From: an uncultured Actinomycetes bacterium | GTDB lineage: Bacteria; Actinomycetota; Thermoleophilia; RBG-16-64-13 | DNA: 64,000 bases | NCBI GenBank assembly: GCA_963829545.1 | Contig: CAWHIX010000006.1 | Location: 65,097-129,096 of the forward strand | Direction of reading: 5' to 3' | In this document: positions 41,924 through 51,856 of the stretch, piece by piece | How positions within the stretch are numbered: the stretch's first letter is position 1 | Layout: the number at the start of each line of letters is the position of its first letter | Notes under the pieces: model-generated | Seen by the model: only the letters and a program-made list of their open reading frames with translations | Database searches by the model: none | What the model was told of the DNA's origin: nothing | Translations under genes and position numbers: made by a program

Positions 41924-42946
41924 ATGGAAGTGCAGCGGGACTCGCTCAACCACGAGCGAGAGGCGAAAGCGATGAACGGCTGGGGCATGCTGGTCGCCGT
42001 CATCGTTCTGATAGTCGGAGGTATCGCGCTACTGATCGTGGCCGGTGTCCTGGGAGACCAGGGTACGGCCGGCGCGGGCACCATCTGGGCGCTGGTGATA
42101 GCGGGCATCGTCCTGCTTGTGGTCGGAAGCATCCTGGCTCCGGGCTTCTTCACCCTGGAGCCCAACGAGACGCGGGTGCTGGTACTGTTCGGCGACTACA
42201 AAGGCACCGTGCGCCAGGGCGGCTTCCGCTGGGGCAATCCCTTCTACTCCAACGGTCCCACGGCCAAGGTCAGCACCGATCAAGCGGCGGATTCCTCCAA
42301 GTCCGGGTCGGCGGGCAAGAAGGGCCAGAGCACGCAGACCGTGAAGAAGTTCCCGCGCTACAAGGTGTCGGTGCGGGCCCGCACCCTGAACGGGCCCAAA
42401 CTCAAGGTGAACGACAGGCGTGGAAACCCGGTGGAGATAGCCACGGTCGTGGTCTGGAGGGTCCGCGACACCGCCCAGGCCGTGTTCGACGTCGACGATC
42501 TGCAGCTCTATGTCGAGACCCAGAGCGAGACGGCCCTGAGGCATCTCGCCAGTTCGTACGCCTACGACCACGGCGAGGAGAACGAGATCACTTTGCGGAG
42601 CAACGTCGACGAGGTATCGCAGGCGCTCAAGGACGAGCTGGATCAGCGTCTGGCTCGGGCCGGGGTGTTGGTCGAAGAAGCCCGGCTGACCCATCTGGCC
42701 TATGCTCCCGAGATAGCGCAGGCCATGCTGCGGCGTCAGCAGGCCGAAGCCATCATCGACGCGCGGCAGAAGATCGTGCACGGGGCCGTCAGCATGGTGG
42801 ACATGGCCCTGCGCGAGCTGGCCGAGAAGAACGTGATCGAACTCGACACGGAACGCAAGGCCGCCATGATCAGCAATCTGATGGTGGTGCTGTGCGGTGA
42901 GTCAGAGGTGCATCCGGTTGTGAATGCAGGTACCCTCTACGCATAA
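41924..42946 (+). CDS. SPFH/band-7 (stomatin/prohibitin-like) membrane protein
   Basis: Two N-terminal TM helices then an SPFH core ([25 protein letters not shown]...[16 protein letters not shown]...[25 protein letters not shown]). Confidence 0.8.
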   Translation: MEVQRDSLNHEREAKAMNGWGMLVAVIVLIVGGIALLIVAGVLGDQGTAGAGTIWALVIAGIVLLVVGSILAPGFFTLEPNETRVLVLFGDYKGTVRQGGFRWGNPFYSNGPTAKVSTDQAADSSKSGSAGKKGQSTQTVKKFPRYKVSVRARTLNGPKLKVNDRRGNPVEIATVVVWRVRDTAQAVFDVDDLQLYVETQSETALRHLASSYAYDHGEENEITLRSNVDEVSQALKDELDQRLARAGVLVEEARLTHLAYAPEIAQAMLRRQQAEAIIDARQKIVHGAVSMVDMALRELAEKNVIELDTERKAAMISNLMVVLCGESEVHPVVNAGTLYA

Positions 42947-42948
42947 CA

Positions 42949-43140
42949 TCCCCGATGGCACGTAAGCAGTTCCTGCTCCGCGTCGACGCCGGCCTCTGGG
43001 AGGACCTGGAGGCCTGGGCCGCGGACGAGTTGCGCAGTGTCAACGGGCAGGTCGAGTATCTGTTGCGCGAGGCGGTCAGGAAGCGTAAGGGCAGCGCGGG
43101 CCAACCGCCGCCCAACCAGGAGATACCTGAGAAAGGACGG
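42949..43140 (+). CDS. Ribbon-helix-helix (Arc/CopG-like) small DNA-binding protein
   Basis: MARKQFLLRVDAGLWEDLEAWAADELRSVNGQVEYLLREAVRKR, packed between the SPFH and aminopeptidase genes with 2-3 nt spacers. Confidence 0.55.
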
Positions 43141-43142
43141 AC

Positions 43143-44249
43143 ATGAGAGACCCACGGCTCGAGGTGCTGGCCGCGAATCTGCTGGACTACTCCTTGGCCA
43201 TCAAGGCCGGCGAGAAGGTGCTCATCGAGGGAGAGACCGGGTCGGAAGAGCTCATGATCGCGCTGGTGGAAGAGACCTACCGGCGCGGCGCCGTCCCCTT
43301 CGCCACCCTCGGTGATGCCCGCCTGCGCAGGGCGTGGCTCCTCGGCGCCCATCGTCAGCAGATGGACCTCCAGGTGGGCTGGGAGATGCACCGGATCGGT
43401 GATGTCGACGCGAGCATCTTCATCCTGGCGGGCGGCAACGCCTCCGAGATGGCCGATATCCTTCCCGGGACTCTGGAGGCGTCTCGCCTGGCCTCCGAGC
43501 CTCTGGTGGAGCTGTATCTGAAGAAGAGGTGGGTGCTTCTTCGCCATCCCACCCCGGCCGCGGCCCAGGCGGCGGGCATGTCCACGGAGGCCTTCGAGGA
43601 CTTCTGCCTGGCCGTGTCGACGCTCGACTACGCCCACATGTCTCAGGCCATGGATCCCCTGGTCGAACTCATGGGACGCAGCGACCGGGTGCGCATCGTC
43701 GCTCCGGACACCGATCTGAGTTTCTCGATCAAGGGCATCCCCATCATGAAGGCGGCCGGCACCAACAACATCCCCGACGGCGAGGTCTTCACCTCTCCCG
43801 TACGCGACTCCGTGAACGGCACCATCCTCTTCAACACACCCTCCCTGGAGGACGGGACCACCTACGAGCGGGTGCGGCTCGTCTTCCGGGACGGCCGCGT
43901 GGTGGAGGCCGACGCCAACGAACCCGAGAAGCTGGCGCGCATGCTGGATACCGACGAGGGCTCGCGCTATCTGGGGGAGTTCGCATTGGGGGTGAACCCG
44001 TCCATCGACAAGCCCATGAAGGACACGCTCTACGACGAGAAGATCGGCGGCAGTCTCCACGTGGCGCTCGGTCGCGCCTACGACGACGCCGACAACGGTA
44101 ACCGCTCCAGCGTGCACTGGGATCTGGTGCTCATCCAGACGCCCGCGTGGGGCGGAGGGGAGATCTGGTTCGACGAGGTGCTGGTGCGCAAGGACGGTCG
44201 TTTCGTGCTGCACGAACTGGAGGGTCTGAACCCGGAGAACCTGGTCTAG
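43143..44249 (+). CDS. Aminopeptidase, M29 family (PepS/AmpS-like)
   Basis: 368 aa; ...NIPDGEVFTSP...GEFALGVNP...HVALG... Confidence 0.8.
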   Translation: MRDPRLEVLAANLLDYSLAIKAGEKVLIEGETGSEELMIALVEETYRRGAVPFATLGDARLRRAWLLGAHRQQMDLQVGWEMHRIGDVDASIFILAGGNASEMADILPGTLEASRLASEPLVELYLKKRWVLLRHPTPAAAQAAGMSTEAFEDFCLAVSTLDYAHMSQAMDPLVELMGRSDRVRIVAPDTDLSFSIKGIPIMKAAGTNNIPDGEVFTSPVRDSVNGTILFNTPSLEDGTTYERVRLVFRDGRVVEADANEPEKLARMLDTDEGSRYLGEFALGVNPSIDKPMKDTLYDEKIGGSLHVALGRAYDDADNGNRSSVHWDLVLIQTPAWGGGEIWFDEVLVRKDGRFVLHELEGLNPENLV

Positions 44250-44279
44250 CAGTCTCCTGGCGGCTCCGCGCCCGCCCGC

Positions 44280-45587
44280 CTACTCCTTTGCGGCAGGCTC
44301 CGGCGGACCGGACTCCGCCAGCCGGTCCGATGCTCTTCCCGCCCGGTCGTAGAGCGGGACGGCCGCCAGATGGATGAGGCCACCTATGGTGTAGGCCACC
44401 GCCTTGGAGATCGTCTGGGCCGCGTAGCCGAGTCCCAGTTGGCCGGCCACCGCGCCGATGTCGCCAAAGAAGGAGTCGAAGGAGAGCACGGTGGCGCGCT
44501 GCGCAGAGGGGATGTGCTCGTTGATGTAGGCGCTACGCACGGGCCGGTTGATCCCATCGAGCAAGCCGAACACAGCCAGTAGCACCACCACGATGACAAA
44601 GGCCGCGAGATCCTTCCCGTCCCATATCAATCCTACGAAGCCGACTCCGATCGCACACAGTGCGGTACCCAGGGAGGCCCACAAGAGCACGCGGGCCGGC
44701 CGCGAGCCCAGGCGACTCTTGGAGATGGGGCCCACCAACGTGTTCCCCGCCACCCCGGAGAGCGCGAAAAGGGCCGTGATGGCGCCCGCCACCCACACCA
44801 GATCCTCCTGGCCGAGTAGTTCGAGCACGTACGGCTGAGATGCGTAGAAGAAGTACCACAGCAGCACTCCGTTCAGGAGCGACGTGAAGAGCAAGGGCCT
44901 GACGACCGGATGCCGCCAACCGTGGTTGATCCCCGCACCGAAGATCTTGCGGCTCTCCTCGCCGAAGCGCGACACGCGGAAGGCCCGCGGCTCAAAGCCG
45001 ATGTCGTGCATGAAGGCAAGCGTGACGAAGAACGCTCCCACCAGCAATCCGGTGCGGACAAGGTAGGGGATGGCCAGGTCGATCTGACCCAGCAGTCCCC
45101 CGACCAGGGTCCCGAAGAGCATGGAGATGTTGGCGAAGATGCCCATGCGCGCGAAGACGCGGTCCTTCCCTCCGGAGAACCCCGTAGCGTCGAGGGCGTC
45201 GACCAGCCAGGCATCCACCGCCCCCGTCTGGCACGTGAAGCCGAACCCCAGGAGGATGGAGGCGAGGATGAAACCGGTCAGGCCCCAGTCGAACACGGCC
45301 GAGCCCACGTATCCAAGGGTGGCCACGGCCAGCGAGCCGATGCCGAGGAGGAACGAAGCGCGGCGCCCGACCGTGTCGGCCACCACGCCCGTTGGAATCT
45401 CGAACACTATCTGGCCGGCGCTGAAGGTGGCGTTGACGAGCATCACCTGGAAGATGTCCAGACCGGCGTCGAGGAGGAAGAGCGTGTTGACTCCCCAGAT
45501 GATCGACGCCGACAGCGTGAAGAGGGCGTTGATCGTGTAATAGGTGCGCTGGATGCGCCGAGGGGTGTAGGCGACCGGTGGGCTCAT
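44280..45587 (-). CDS. MFS transporter
   Basis: 435 aa, 12 predicted TM helices, MFS motif region GRRASFLLG. Confidence 0.8.
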   Translation of the reverse strand: MSPPVAYTPRRIQRTYYTINALFTLSASIIWGVNTLFLLDAGLDIFQVMLVNATFSAGQIVFEIPTGVVADTVGRRASFLLGIGSLAVATLGYVGSAVFDWGLTGFILASILLGFGFTCQTGAVDAWLVDALDATGFSGGKDRVFARMGIFANISMLFGTLVGGLLGQIDLAIPYLVRTGLLVGAFFVTLAFMHDIGFEPRAFRVSRFGEESRKIFGAGINHGWRHPVVRPLLFTSLLNGVLLWYFFYASQPYVLELLGQEDLVWVAGAITALFALSGVAGNTLVGPISKSRLGSRPARVLLWASLGTALCAIGVGFVGLIWDGKDLAAFVIVVVLLAVFGLLDGINRPVRSAYINEHIPSAQRATVLSFDSFFGDIGAVAGQLGLGYAAQTISKAVAYTIGGLIHLAAVPLYDRAGRASDRLAESGPPEPAAKE

Positions 45588-45614
45588 GGACGTAGGCGGC
45601 TCATCGGCTTCGGT

Positions 45615-48077
45615 CTAATCCTCGACGTCCTCCACCCTCTGGGCCTGGGTGACCGCATCCCGCCAGAAGGGCAGTCGTTCGCCGATCCGCCAGCCCAGCC
45701 CGACGAAGAACCAGGCGAAGATAGAGAACGCGATCGTCACTCCGATCGGCAGCCAACCCGGTATATCGAGGGCGAAGAACTCCCTTGTGAACGGGACCGC
45801 GAACACGAGCGCGAGCAGCCCGGCCATCGCAAGGACCAGACCCAGGCGCCAGCCGCGTAGAGGTCGCTCGATGGCGGCGATCACACGCAGACCGATCACG
45901 GAGAAGATCACCACCTCCATGGTCTGTGCCTCGAGCACGCTGGCTCCCATCCGCCTGATCACGAGGTAGGAGACGAACATGGTCAAGGCCGAAAGCAGGC
46001 CGGTGGGGATGACGAAGCGGGCCACGCGGTAAACGAAGCCGGGCACGAAACGCCGCCGGTTGGGGGCCAGGGCCAGGAAGAAGCCGGGTATGCCGATGAC
46101 GAGGGCGTCGATGACGCTCAGGTGCCGGGGTAGGATCAGGTAGGGTACGCCCGCTATCGCGACGGCCAGCGCCAGGGCGGCGGCCCAGACGCTCTTGTTG
46201 GTGAAGAGGTTGGCCACTCGTTCGATGTTGGCGGTCACCCTCCGCCCTTCCGCCACTACCCCTGGCAGGGTGGAGAACCGCGAATCGACGAGCACCAACT
46301 GCGACACGGCCTGTGCGGCGGCGGTGCCGGTGCCCATGGCGATGCCCATGTCCGCTTTCTTGAGGGCAAGGACGTCGTTGACCCCGTCCCCCGTCATGGC
46401 CACGGTGTGACCGCGGCTCTGCAAGGCCTCCACCATGGCGCGCTTCTGGTCGGGAGTGACGCGCCCGAAGACGGTGGTGCTCTCCATGAGTTCGGCCAAC
46501 TCCTCGCCCTCGGGAAGGTCGCGCGCGTCCACGGCGCGCTCCGCCCCGGCGACTCCCGCCTGTGCCGCCACCGTGGCCACCGTAGCCGGATTGTCGCCGG
46601 AGATGACCTTGATCTCCACTCCCTGGTGGCGGAAGTAGGCCAGGGTCTGAGGGGCGTCGGCCCTGATGCGCTCGGCCAACAGGACGAGACCGCGGGCCGT
46701 CATCCCACCGGGCAGCACGTCGCCGTTCAGAGGTTCGTCGGTGCGGCACAGGACGAGGACCCGCATCCCCCCGGCCGCCAGTTCCCCCGCCCGCCGGCGG
46801 GCGGGGGCGAGAGTCTCGTCGTCACCGGCCACGATCTCCGGCGCTCCCAATATCCAGGAGCCGCGGCCGGCGAAGCGGGCCGCGCTCCACTTGCGGGCGG
46901 AAGAGAAGGGCACGGCGTCCTCGAGTTCCCAGCCGTCCTCCTGGGGCAAGGAGGCCGCTATGGCCGCGATGGTGGAGTTCTTGGCCGAGGCGGTGGCCGC
47001 CAGTGCGGCGAGGGCCTTCAGGGCCTCCCCGTCGGCTTTGGCTCCGGGCTCGTCCTCGCCGGCTGCGGCCCTCACTCCGGCAGCGGCGCCCGCGTCGTCA
47101 CCGTCCGCTCCCCGGTCCAGTGGCTCGAAGCGATCGAAAGCGGGATGCGGCTCGGTGATGGTGCCGGTCTTGTCGATGCACAGCACATCGACCCGGGCCA
47201 GTCCTTCCACCGCGGGCAGCTCTCGGGTGAGCACGTTGCGCCGAGCCAGCGTGATGGCCGAGACCGCGAAGGCGATGCTGGTGAGGAGCACGAGGCCCTG
47301 CGGCACCATGGCCACCAGGGCCGCCACCGTGTTCGTGACTCCATGCTCGAGGCTGGCGCCCATCCGGAACTGTGCCCAGATCAGGAGCGCCGCCACCGGG
47401 ATGATGCCCAGGCCGATCACGCGCAGGATGTTGTTTATCCCCCTCATCAACTCGGAGCGCAGTCGCACGTAGCGCTTGCCTTCCCCGATCAGGCGCTGGG
47501 CGTAGGCGTCGGCTCCCACCGCGGTGGTGCGGAAGAGGCCGCCCCCCGCTACCACGAAGCTGCCGGACAGCAGGGGGTCGCCGGGCTCCTTGGTGATGGG
47601 CACCGACTCGCCCGTGAGCAGGGACTCGTCCACCTCCAGACTCTGGGACTGGAGTGTCTCCCCGTCCGCCACTATCTGGTCTCCGGCCGAGATCTCCACG
47701 ACGTCATCCAAGACCACGGACGCCATGGGTATCTCTTTCGTCGCGCCGTCGCGCACGACCCTGACCGCCGGAGCCGTGAGGATCGTGAGGCGGTCGAGAG
47801 CCACCTTGGCCCGCAACTCCTGCACGATGCCTATGACCGTGTTGACGACCACGATGATCCCGAAGAGAGCGTCCTTCCAGGACCCGAAGGCGACCATGGC
47901 GACGAAGAGCACGCTCAGGATGAGGTTGAAGTAGGTGAAGACGTTGGTGCGGACGATGTCCCAGGTGGTGCGGCCTCCGGGACGCGGCGCGGCATTGACC
48001 TGTCCCGCCGCCACGCGGGCCTCGACCTCGGCCGAACTCAGGCCCACCCCGGCGAGGTCCGGCGCCGACCCGCTCAC
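45615..48077 (-). CDS. Cation-transporting P-type ATPase (P2-type, Ca2+/Mg2+-ATPase-like)
   Basis: 820 aa; phosphorylation motif CIDKTGTITE; TGES; hinge MTGDGVNDVLALKKADMGIAMG; 10 TM helices. Confidence 0.9.
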   Translation of the reverse strand: MSGSAPDLAGVGLSSAEVEARVAAGQVNAAPRPGGRTTWDIVRTNVFTYFNLILSVLFVAMVAFGSWKDALFGIIVVVNTVIGIVQELRAKVALDRLTILTAPAVRVVRDGATKEIPMASVVLDDVVEISAGDQIVADGETLQSQSLEVDESLLTGESVPITKEPGDPLLSGSFVVAGGGLFRTTAVGADAYAQRLIGEGKRYVRLRSELMRGINNILRVIGLGIIPVAALLIWAQFRMGASLEHGVTNTVAALVAMVPQGLVLLTSIAFAVSAITLARRNVLTRELPAVEGLARVDVLCIDKTGTITEPHPAFDRFEPLDRGADGDDAGAAAGVRAAAGEDEPGAKADGEALKALAALAATASAKNSTIAAIAASLPQEDGWELEDAVPFSSARKWSAARFAGRGSWILGAPEIVAGDDETLAPARRRAGELAAGGMRVLVLCRTDEPLNGDVLPGGMTARGLVLLAERIRADAPQTLAYFRHQGVEIKVISGDNPATVATVAAQAGVAGAERAVDARDLPEGEELAELMESTTVFGRVTPDQKRAMVEALQSRGHTVAMTGDGVNDVLALKKADMGIAMGTGTAAAQAVSQLVLVDSRFSTLPGVVAEGRRVTANIERVANLFTNKSVWAAALALAVAIAGVPYLILPRHLSVIDALVIGIPGFFLALAPNRRRFVPGFVYRVARFVIPTGLLSALTMFVSYLVIRRMGASVLEAQTMEVVIFSVIGLRVIAAIERPLRGWRLGLVLAMAGLLALVFAVPFTREFFALDIPGWLPIGVTIAFSIFAWFFVGLGWRIGERLPFWRDAVTQAQRVEDVED

Positions 48078-48180
48078 GAGGCAGCGTGCGTTTGTGTTCC
48101 TCGTACATATATGACAGTATAGATTCTGGACATTCTGCGACGTGCTTCCCGGAAGCGACAGGTGAGAAAGGGGGTGGCAG

Positions 48181-49012
48181 CGTGTTGCACGCCGACAGCA
48201 GTCTCGCTCGGAGGCTGGAGGGACTCATATGCGCGGAGTTCGTTCGCCTGTGCGAGGTGGCGCGTATCGCATTGCCTGGGGCGGCGTCCGAATGCGTGGC
48301 TGTGGCCGATGGAGTCGCCCTCTGGTTGGGGGAGGGCTCCCCGGTGAACATCGCCGTCGGCTTGGGCATGAACGGCCCTGTGGACGAGGCCGCCCTGGAG
48401 CGGCTGGAGTCGTTCTATCACGAGCGCGGGGCGGCGGCAGCCCTCAGCGTGTGCCCCCTGGCCGATCGCTCGCTGCTGCGCCTGTTGGGACAGCGTGGCT
48501 GGCAGGCCGGCGACTTCGAGCACCTGCTGGTGCTCGAACTGGGCGCGGGTCGGCGGCCGGCGGAGAGCGTGGCAGAGACGGATGAGATCGAGGTGCGGGT
48601 CTGCCTGCCCGAGGAACGGTCGGAGTGGGCCGCGACCGCCGCCCGAGGATTCTCCGAGGGCGCGACACCGGAGCGGGGACACAAGGAGTTCGGCGCGGTG
48701 ATGGCGGAGCGCGAGGAGGCCATCCTGGTCCTTGCCCGGGTGGACGGGGTGGCGGCGGGCACCGGGAGCCTGGTCGTCGACGGGGGCGTCGGCTGGCTTT
48801 CGGGCGACTCCACTCTTCCGCAGTACCGTCGTCGCGGCATCCAGCAGGCCATCCAGGGGCACCGGCTCCGCTTGGCCCGAGATGCGGGGTGCGACATGGC
48901 CGTCACTGAGGCCGTGCCTGGGGGCGCCTCCCAGCGCAACATGGAGCGTCTGGGCTTCCGCATCGCCTACACGCACGTCGAGTTCACGAAGGGGGGATCA
49001 TATGGCGGATGA
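48181..49012 (+). CDS. GNAT-family N-acetyltransferase (tandem GNAT-like halves)
   Basis: GTG at 48181 after RBS gaaaggggg. The C-terminal half has VDGGVGWLSGDSTLPQYRRRGIQQAI (acetyl-CoA binding Q/RxxGxG/A). Confidence 0.65.
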
Positions 49013-49904
49013 GGCGGCGTGGATCACGGTGGGAGCGCTTGCGCACGCCTTCTCCGAGGACAGCTACGCGCCCAAAGCGACCACTGATCTCGCCGGCAAT
49101 ACCCTCACCCTTCATCTTGCGGAGGGTGGGGCGCTTGAGTACCGGTTCGAGAGTGCGACGGACCTCTTCTGGGCCGCCCTGGATGGGCCGGACGCCGGCC
49201 GGGACGGTACCACGACCTCGGGCCAGGGCGGCACCGCGGCGTACTTCGCCGCCAAGCTGCGGGAGGGGCTCTATTTTGTCGATCACCTGAGGACCGACGA
49301 GCGGGCGACCAGCGTCACCCTGCTGCTGGACCTGGGCCGGGGCATGGCCACGGTCATGACCGGCCGTCTACCCGAGGAAGCCGAGTCGCGCCAGGCCTTC
49401 GCCGACCGCATCGCGGCAGGTAAGGAACTCACCGCGGTCTCCGTCGCCTTCGCCTCCGCGGCTATCGATCGGCCCTTCACTCCGGAGACCCCGCGGCACC
49501 AGCCCACCCTCGACATGGTGGGCAAGCGGGTCGAGTACACCTACAGCCCGACTGAGTGCTACGAGCATATCTATCTGAACGAGCGCTTCTACACCTGGCA
49601 CTGCCTGCTGGGTTCGGAAAAGGGGCTGGCCGACACCGACCGTTGCCATTACTACAAGCTCGCCGACCGGCTCTACCTGTTCGTGTGGCGGGAGAAGATA
49701 GTCCCCACCCTGGGGTCGGTAGTGGTCGACTTGGAGGCCCTGCGCACGACCGGCAAGATCTTCGGCTATCAGGGCGAAGGTCCGGGAGGACTCTCCAACT
49801 TCCCCGTGGGCGCCCGGGCCCGGGTGCTGAACGCTGATGACGATCGAGGCATAGACCCGGCAGGGTCCCAGGTCCCTGGCAGAGCATCCCAGGACGTTTG
49901 CTAG
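49002..49904 (+). CDS. MoaF-like protein (MoaF N/C domains; assignment from memory)
   Basis: ATG 49002 after RBS aagggggg; overlaps the GNAT stop by 11 nt. C-terminal motif ERFYTWHCLLGSEKGLADTDRCHYYKLADRLYLFVWREKIVPTLGSVVVDL...TTGKIFGY. Confidence 0.5.
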   Translation: MADEAAWITVGALAHAFSEDSYAPKATTDLAGNTLTLHLAEGGALEYRFESATDLFWAALDGPDAGRDGTTTSGQGGTAAYFAAKLREGLYFVDHLRTDERATSVTLLLDLGRGMATVMTGRLPEEAESRQAFADRIAAGKELTAVSVAFASAAIDRPFTPETPRHQPTLDMVGKRVEYTYSPTECYEHIYLNERFYTWHCLLGSEKGLADTDRCHYYKLADRLYLFVWREKIVPTLGSVVVDLEALRTTGKIFGYQGEGPGGLSNFPVGARARVLNADDDRGIDPAGSQVPGRASQDVC

Positions 49905-50012
49905 GCGCTTGCACCTTCGCGTGCACCTCTGTTGCACCTTCGCGGTACTATCTCAACGTGCTCTTCCGGTCTAGTCTGGAATCTGGGAATGAAGCCCTCG
50001 GTCGGATGACGA
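49905..50012 (+). promoter_or_regulatory. Copy 1 of the conserved noncoding element (TTGCACC repeats, -10-like TACTAT, conserved downstream block), upstream of SulP
   Basis: gcgcTTGCACCTTCGCGTGCACCTCTGTTGCACCTTCGCGGTACTATCTCAACGTGCTCTTCCGGTCTAGTCTGGAATCTGGGAATGAAGCCCTCGGTCGGATGACG; about 85% identical over 62 nt to the copy at 55894-55985. Confidence 0.55.
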
Positions 50013-50079
50013 AGACGAAGCTACGCAGACGGCTCCTTAACCAGCAAGCGACCGACCGCGGACAGGAGGTGGCGGCCCC

Positions 50080-51786
50080 GTGAAACTGCCCGGTATGTTC
50101 AAGCGCCTGAAGCCGGACCGCAAGACGGCCCGCGCGGATCTGGTGGCCGGGGTCGTCCTCGGGGTAGAGAGCGTGCCCGACGCGCTCGCCTCAGGAGTGC
50201 TTGCGGGTATCAATCCGCTCTACGCTCTATACGGGGTGATGATGGGCACCCCCGTGGGGGCCATCTTCTCCGGTTCCGTCTTCCTGAGTGTGCAGACCAC
50301 GAGTGCCATGGCGCTCGTGGTGGCCAGCGTCCCAGTTGTCACCAGCGGTGACTCCCCGGGGACGCTCTTCGCCCTTTCTCTCCTGACCGGGGTGATCATG
50401 CTCCTGGCCGGCTTCCTGAAGGCAGGACGGCTCCTGCGCTGGGTGCCCAATTCGGAGATGGTGGGCTTCATGACCGGGGTGGCCGCTCTCATCCTCCTGG
50501 GTCAGTTGGGCGACCTCACCGGGTACTCGAGCGAATACAGCAACAAGGTCGCGAAGGCCGTGGATCTGCTGTTCAACCTCGACCAGGTCGATCTCCCGAC
50601 TGTGGCGGTGGGGATCGGCACGATCATCCTCATCATCGTCCTGCAGAAGACCCGCCTCCGCGGATTCGGCCTTGTGGTGGCGATCATAGTGACCTCCATC
50701 CTCCCGTCGCTCTTCGGTTGGGATTCGGTGGCCAAGGTCTCGGACATAGCCGAGATCACGGGCGGACTGCCCAGGCCCGCCCTTCCGGATTTCTCGCACT
50801 TCTTCGAACTCATCGTGCCGGCGCTCTCCCTGGCTGTCATCGGGCTCATCCAGGGGGCGGGGGTGAGCCAGTCTTTCGTGAACCCGGATGGACGATACCC
50901 CAATCCTTCGCGGGATTTCATCGGTGAGGGAGCGGCCAACGTCGCGGCCGGCATATTTCAGGGCATGCCGGTCGGCGGTTCGGCCTCCGCTACCTCTCTT
51001 GTGGTGAGCAGCGGGGCCAGGACGCGCCTCGCGAACATCTTTGCGGGTGTGGTGATCGCCATCGTCGCGCTGCTTTTCGCGGGAGCGGTCGGCAAACTCG
51101 CCCTGCCTGCTCTTGCGGGCCTGCTCATGGTCATCGGCTTTGGGATCATCAAGCCCGCCAACATACGTGGTGTATGGCACACAGGCAACATCCAGCGGGT
51201 CATCATGGTGATCACGTTCGTCTTGGTCTTGATGATTCCGCTGGAATACGCGGTGCTGGTGGGAGTAGCCCTCTCTATCTTCCTGTTCACCCTACGCCAG
51301 TCCCATCGGATCGTAGTGGTGGAGTGGAAGCTCAAAGAAGGCCGGCTTCCGATCGAGGGGACGCCGCCGGCCACGCTCCTGCCGGGAAGCGTCACCGTGC
51401 TGGTCCCCTTCGGGACCCTGTTCTACGCTGCGGCTCCGGCCTTTGTAGAGCACCTCCCGAAGACAGACGCGCAGACGAAAGAAGCGGTGGTGATAATCAA
51501 CCTTCATGCCCGCACGGACCTGGGCAGCACATTCATGCGCACCATCGACCGATACGCCGAAGACCTCAAGAAGCACGGCAGTCGCCTGATGCTCGCCGAG
51601 GTGGATCCATCGCTCCGGGACCAGTTGGCGCTGGCAGGCATCGTGGATTCGATCTCACGCAGAAGCATATTCATGCGTACGGAAGAAGTCGGGGGGTCGC
51701 TCTACGAGGCCTACGCCGTCGCCGAGGAATGGGTCTCCCGGCAGCAGGCGATCAAGGACGACGAGCCGGCGGGTGAAGCCGAGTGA
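50080..51786 (+). CDS. SulP-family anion (sulfate/bicarbonate-type) transporter with C-terminal STAS domain
   Basis: GTG start after RBS aggagg; ...DLVAGVVLGVESVPDALASGVLAGINPLYALY...; STAS domain in the last ~120 aa. Confidence 0.85.
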   Translation: MKLPGMFKRLKPDRKTARADLVAGVVLGVESVPDALASGVLAGINPLYALYGVMMGTPVGAIFSGSVFLSVQTTSAMALVVASVPVVTSGDSPGTLFALSLLTGVIMLLAGFLKAGRLLRWVPNSEMVGFMTGVAALILLGQLGDLTGYSSEYSNKVAKAVDLLFNLDQVDLPTVAVGIGTIILIIVLQKTRLRGFGLVVAIIVTSILPSLFGWDSVAKVSDIAEITGGLPRPALPDFSHFFELIVPALSLAVIGLIQGAGVSQSFVNPDGRYPNPSRDFIGEGAANVAAGIFQGMPVGGSASATSLVVSSGARTRLANIFAGVVIAIVALLFAGAVGKLALPALAGLLMVIGFGIIKPANIRGVWHTGNIQRVIMVITFVLVLMIPLEYAVLVGVALSIFLFTLRQSHRIVVVEWKLKEGRLPIEGTPPATLLPGSVTVLVPFGTLFYAAAPAFVEHLPKTDAQTKEAVVIINLHARTDLGSTFMRTIDRYAEDLKKHGSRLMLAEVDPSLRDQLALAGIVDSISRRSIFMRTEEVGGSLYEAYAVAEEWVSRQQAIKDDEPAGEAE

Positions 51787-51856
51787 TCGCGAGAGACTCG
51801 GGCGCGCGCGATGAGCAATAAGGAGAAGACGCAATCTCAAGCGGGAGGAATCCGCG

